A stretch of 64,000 nucleotides of DNA, taken from positions 1,056,001 to 1,120,000 of the forward strand of contig CAWKDC010000001.1 of NCBI GenBank assembly GCA_963848305.1. Direction: 5' to 3'. Position numbers and translations under genes: made by a program. Positions 60,985-64,000 of this stretch are shown in pieces; position 1 is the stretch's first letter, and each line of letters begins with the position of its first letter. The notes under the pieces were generated by a model that did no database searches, was not told where the DNA came from, and was given only the letters and a program-made list of their open reading frames with translations. This stretch comes from an uncultured Gammaproteobacteria bacterium. GTDB lineage: Bacteria; Pseudomonadota; Gammaproteobacteria; JABCZS01.

Positions 60985-61069
60985 ATGGACGCTATTTCCT
61001 ATTCAAATGCGAGAAAAAATTTTGCCCAAACCATTTATCATCACCAGAATGAATGCTTCTTCTGTTGTC
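60985..61069 (+). pseudogene. YefM/Phd antitoxin remnant
   Basis: MDAISYSNARKNFAQT followed out of frame by IITRMNASSVV; internal deletion, no toxin. Confidence 0.7.
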
Positions 61070-61167
61070 AGGGTTTGACTCATGAACACCGATTGGTTTA
61101 CCAAGTTGAGAAATGTGAGATTATTATTTTTCAATGCTGCTATCATTACTAACAAAGGAATGCCCTC

Positions 61168-61650
61168 ATGAAACTATTGAATAAATATCAGGAACAGGTC
61201 AAAACCTATCAACCCCTGATAGTCATTGTGTTATTTTCGCTACTACTGTCATTTGCACATGGTCATATCCCCCTCATGACCGGGTTTATGGGCTACTTTC
61301 TCATTTTTCTATCGATGTTCAAGTTTTTTGATTTGAAAGGCTTTGTCGAAGGATTTTCCATGTATGACATCGTCACCCAAAAATTTCAACCTTATGGTTA
61401 CGGTTATCCTTTCATTGAATTGTTACTCGGCCTCGCCTATCTGATCCAACTTTTCCCGACGCTGACAAATACCATCACATTGATAGTGATGAGTGTCAGT
61501 GCCATCGGTGTGATCAAAAGCATCAGGGCGGGGATGAATGTCAAATGCGCTTGTTTGGGGACAGTGCTCAAGGTACCATTAAGTACCATCAGCATATTCG
61601 AAAATGTCGGCATGGCCGTGATGGCGCTGTGGCAGTTAGTGTTGTATTAA
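61168..61650 (+). CDS. MauE/DoxX-family membrane protein
   Basis: FK..DL.GF..GFSMYD, YPFIEL.LG, CACLGT...PLS.....EN. Confidence 0.85.
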   Translation: MKLLNKYQEQVKTYQPLIVIVLFSLLLSFAHGHIPLMTGFMGYFLIFLSMFKFFDLKGFVEGFSMYDIVTQKFQPYGYGYPFIELLLGLAYLIQLFPTLTNTITLIVMSVSAIGVIKSIRAGMNVKCACLGTVLKVPLSTISIFENVGMAVMALWQLVLY

Positions 61651-61834
61651 TCCTGGCGAATTAAAGATTTGTATTACGAAGGGCCTGTTGACATTCTCGA
61701 GGCAACCACCTGATTTCAAACATAAAACCTCTATTTTAACCTAATTTTATTTTCCTGATGGCCTTAAGTATTTGACTTTATAGTGTCTTTACGGTATTCT
61801 TCTTTCTAACTTATGTTCTTCGTTGAGGTATTCC

Positions 61835-62953
61835 ATGTTTAAATCAAAGGAACCTGAAGCATCTACAGAACCGGCTTTACCCGCTGCGCTGATTGCCAGA
61901 ATTGCGATGTATTCAACATCCGCCACGGCAGCGACCTTGATTATGAACCGTGAAACTCGCGATTGGATTCAGCCAGACCTTGATGAACGCGCTGCAAAGC
62001 AGCTCATGGACTATGTTTTAAAGCCCACCGAAGAGAATGTCAAAAAAGCAAAAGCGATGATTGCTGCCAATCCCAAAATCATGTTTATTGAATCAACTGG
62101 AGTTGAATGGGCATCGGGTATAGATGAAGACCGAGTGGTGCCAAGAAGGGTTAAAAGCTCTGCCCTTAAAGCCGCCTTAGGTACGGGAGACAGTGAGATT
62201 TACCATTTCATGGCCCAATATTTCGATAAAGTTGTTTATCGGGATGAAAACGGCGAGATTGTCGAAACAGGAATACAGCGCGCACAAAGACAAATGCAAG
62301 AGCAATTCCCCAGTGGTTTTGAGTACCCACAGGTCGAAGCTGAATTTACCACATTGATGGATAAGATAGTCAATGCCCTCACAAATGACCCAACAAGCCC
62401 CGAAACCCAAGCGGTTTTAAATGAATTCAGACACTATTTTCTTCCCAAAGAAGTCACCGAAGGTCATCACTTTAATCTCAATTATTTGATTGAAGCCTTT
62501 AATCGATACGGTCAACACGTTGCCCCCTGGAATGAAAATCAACTATCTCTTTTTTGGTGTCAAGTGATTGGTTATTTAGAGCGTTTGGTTCCGGCCTTTG
62601 ATGCCCAGGCATTCTTCCAGGGTCTTTACGATCGTATAGAACAAAACCAGCCACCCACCCGTTCTCTCACTTTATACAATTTTCAATCATTTTCTGATAT
62701 TTCCTATTTCCCTGCCATTTCTTCTTCGCCGCCGACGGGTTTGGGGGTTGATTTTGGGGTTTATATTGGCCCGGCGGCGGCCGTCACGGGGCTTCGCGCG
62801 TTGCGTTATATGCCTGGGGCGACGACCGACAGCCTTGAACAACTATGTCGAGCAAAAACATCAGCGCTTAACAACTTCAAACAAAACCTTGAACAGCGGG
62901 CTCACCCGACAGCCGGAGAGCAGGGAAACCCTGTGCGCAATTCTTTGAAATAG
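61835..62953 (+). CDS. Effector-like hypothetical protein, possible F-box-like N-terminus
   Basis: Long ORF without signal peptide; LPAALIARIAMY...LIMNRETRDW resembles the F-box pattern. Confidence 0.55.
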   Translation: MFKSKEPEASTEPALPAALIARIAMYSTSATAATLIMNRETRDWIQPDLDERAAKQLMDYVLKPTEENVKKAKAMIAANPKIMFIESTGVEWASGIDEDRVVPRRVKSSALKAALGTGDSEIYHFMAQYFDKVVYRDENGEIVETGIQRAQRQMQEQFPSGFEYPQVEAEFTTLMDKIVNALTNDPTSPETQAVLNEFRHYFLPKEVTEGHHFNLNYLIEAFNRYGQHVAPWNENQLSLFWCQVIGYLERLVPAFDAQAFFQGLYDRIEQNQPPTRSLTLYNFQSFSDISYFPAISSSPPTGLGVDFGVYIGPAAAVTGLRALRYMPGATTDSLEQLCRAKTSALNNFKQNLEQRAHPTAGEQGNPVRNSLK

Positions 62954-63067
62954 CGCTCCTGAAGCAAACCGATTGCGCAAGCTGCAAGGGTTTTATTCCC
63001 ACAATGGTTAATGAACCAGTTTAACAGTTCGTGGTGTTGGCAAGACACTGATGTATTTACCTGTAAT

Positions 63068-63357
63068 TGCCCCCGAATTTATTGAGAAACTGCCAGTGTC
63101 ACATTTCACGATTGCAGACAAAGGGTATGATTGCGAGGAGATTAGGGAACTCATTCGAAAAAAATCATCCATCCTGGTTATCCCCGGAAGATTAATTCAA
63201 TAAAAGGTAATGCTGAAATGGATTGGTGTCTATATAAATATCGGCATTTAGTTGAGAATGCTTTTGCACGTCTTAAGCATTTTCGAGCCATCGCAACACG
63301 GTATGATAAATTGAAGGGAAATTGTGTGTCAATGGTGGCTATGGCTTGTTGTTTACA
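63068..63357 (+). pseudogene. IS5-family transposase 3' remnant
   Basis: IADKGYD, then frameshifted LYKYRHLVENAFARLKHFRAIATRYDK. Confidence 0.88.
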
Positions 63358-63485
63358 GAATATGATTTTTCAAAATCAAAAAAATCTTTATATAAAGAAA
63401 GTCGAAAAAACAAATCACGATTCGATTGGATGGAGCAGAGTCCCCCATGTAAGCACGTGAAGCGTGTCAAATGGGGGGCGAATTA

Positions 63486-63902
63486 TTAATGCTTACGCTC
63501 TTTACTCTTCCGGATAGCGGCCAAAACAGCAGCCGCATTGACGAGCGCGGCACGTGCTTGGGCATAATCAAATTCGCCCTGTTTACCACGCATGGTTTCT
63601 TCGGCTTGCTTCATGGCTTCAATGGCAGCCGCTTCGTCAAGGGAGTCTGCGCGTTCAGCCGTATCGGCCAATACCGTGACGGAATCTGGCTGTACTTCCA
63701 ACATACCACCCGAGACATAAAAGACTTCCTCCGGCTGGCCATTCACCAATACGCGAACCTGACCGGGTTGTAGGCGTGCCAATAGCGGTGCATGCTGAGG
63801 TAAAATACCCAGCTCGCCATTTTCGGCTGTCACGACCACGCAATCCGCTTCACCAGTGTGAAGCATTTTTTCAGCGCTGACTATTTTAACATTTAAACGC
63901 AT
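63486..63902 (-). CDS. atpC: ATP synthase F1 epsilon subunit
   Basis: IVSAE, GELGILPQHAPLL, VSGGMLEVQP..VTVLADTA. Confidence 0.98.
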   Translation of the reverse strand: MRLNVKIVSAEKMLHTGEADCVVVTAENGELGILPQHAPLLARLQPGQVRVLVNGQPEEVFYVSGGMLEVQPDSVTVLADTAERADSLDEAAAIEAMKQAEETMRGKQGEFDYAQARAALVNAAAVLAAIRKSKERKH

Positions 63903-63964
63903 TTTGATACCCTCACCATTTGAGGGCGCAAGTATGCGCCCCTACAAGGACGCATGTATGCGCC

Positions 63965-64000
63965 CTACATTTTTTGCGCTTTCGCAATCGCTTCGTCAAT
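63965..64000 (-). CDS. atpD: 3' end of ATP synthase F1 beta subunit
   Basis: IDEAIAKAQKM* immediately upstream of atpC. Confidence 0.85.
   Translation of the reverse strand: MDEAIAKAQKM

Noticed and set aside
1152-63843. Numerous short antisense or nested ORFs in the track
   Set aside because: They overlap well-supported genes and show no motifs or RBS; treated as shadow ORFs.

Overview
Chromosomal window from a gammaproteobacterium with Legionellales/Coxiellaceae-like gene content (inferred from CD39-type NTPDase, M4 protease, Legionella-type OMPs and effector-like ORFs). The core backbone is mrcA, rpsU-yqeY-dnaG-rpoD-tRNA-Ile2, tsaD-plsY/folB, udk, ftsYEX..rpoH, M16 peptidases-rsmD, tgt, rsmJ, ubiK-comM and atpD-atpC..glmU-glmS, with accessory DNA inserted at several conserved junctions. 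Single-base frameshifts in rpoD, rpsU and dctA suggest indel sequencing errors, so neighbouring ORF pieces were read as possible single genes. Main highlights: (1) an integrase-less array downstream of tRNA-Ile(CAT), built from ~270-bp direct repeats that carry a copy of the tRNA 3' half. The repeats separate cargo modules (secreted pair; AbiF + DUF2971; SnoaL), and a third, split copy brackets an effector-like gene. (2) A probable ~1,400-aa modular toxin/effector between rpoD and the tRNA: lysozyme-like N-terminus, hydrophobic hairpin/helical core, C-terminal OTU deubiquitinase. (3) An AbiF HEPN gene with an upstream hairpin RNA candidate. (4) A complete IS whose transposase carries an extra ~90-aa insert. 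(5) A degenerate P1B-ATPase between REP-like inverted elements. (6) A Firmicutes-type mtnN-luxS pair. (7) A Cys-rich secreted peptide sharing a duplicated leader with an ecto-NTPDase. All family assignments are from motif recognition only; no searches were run.
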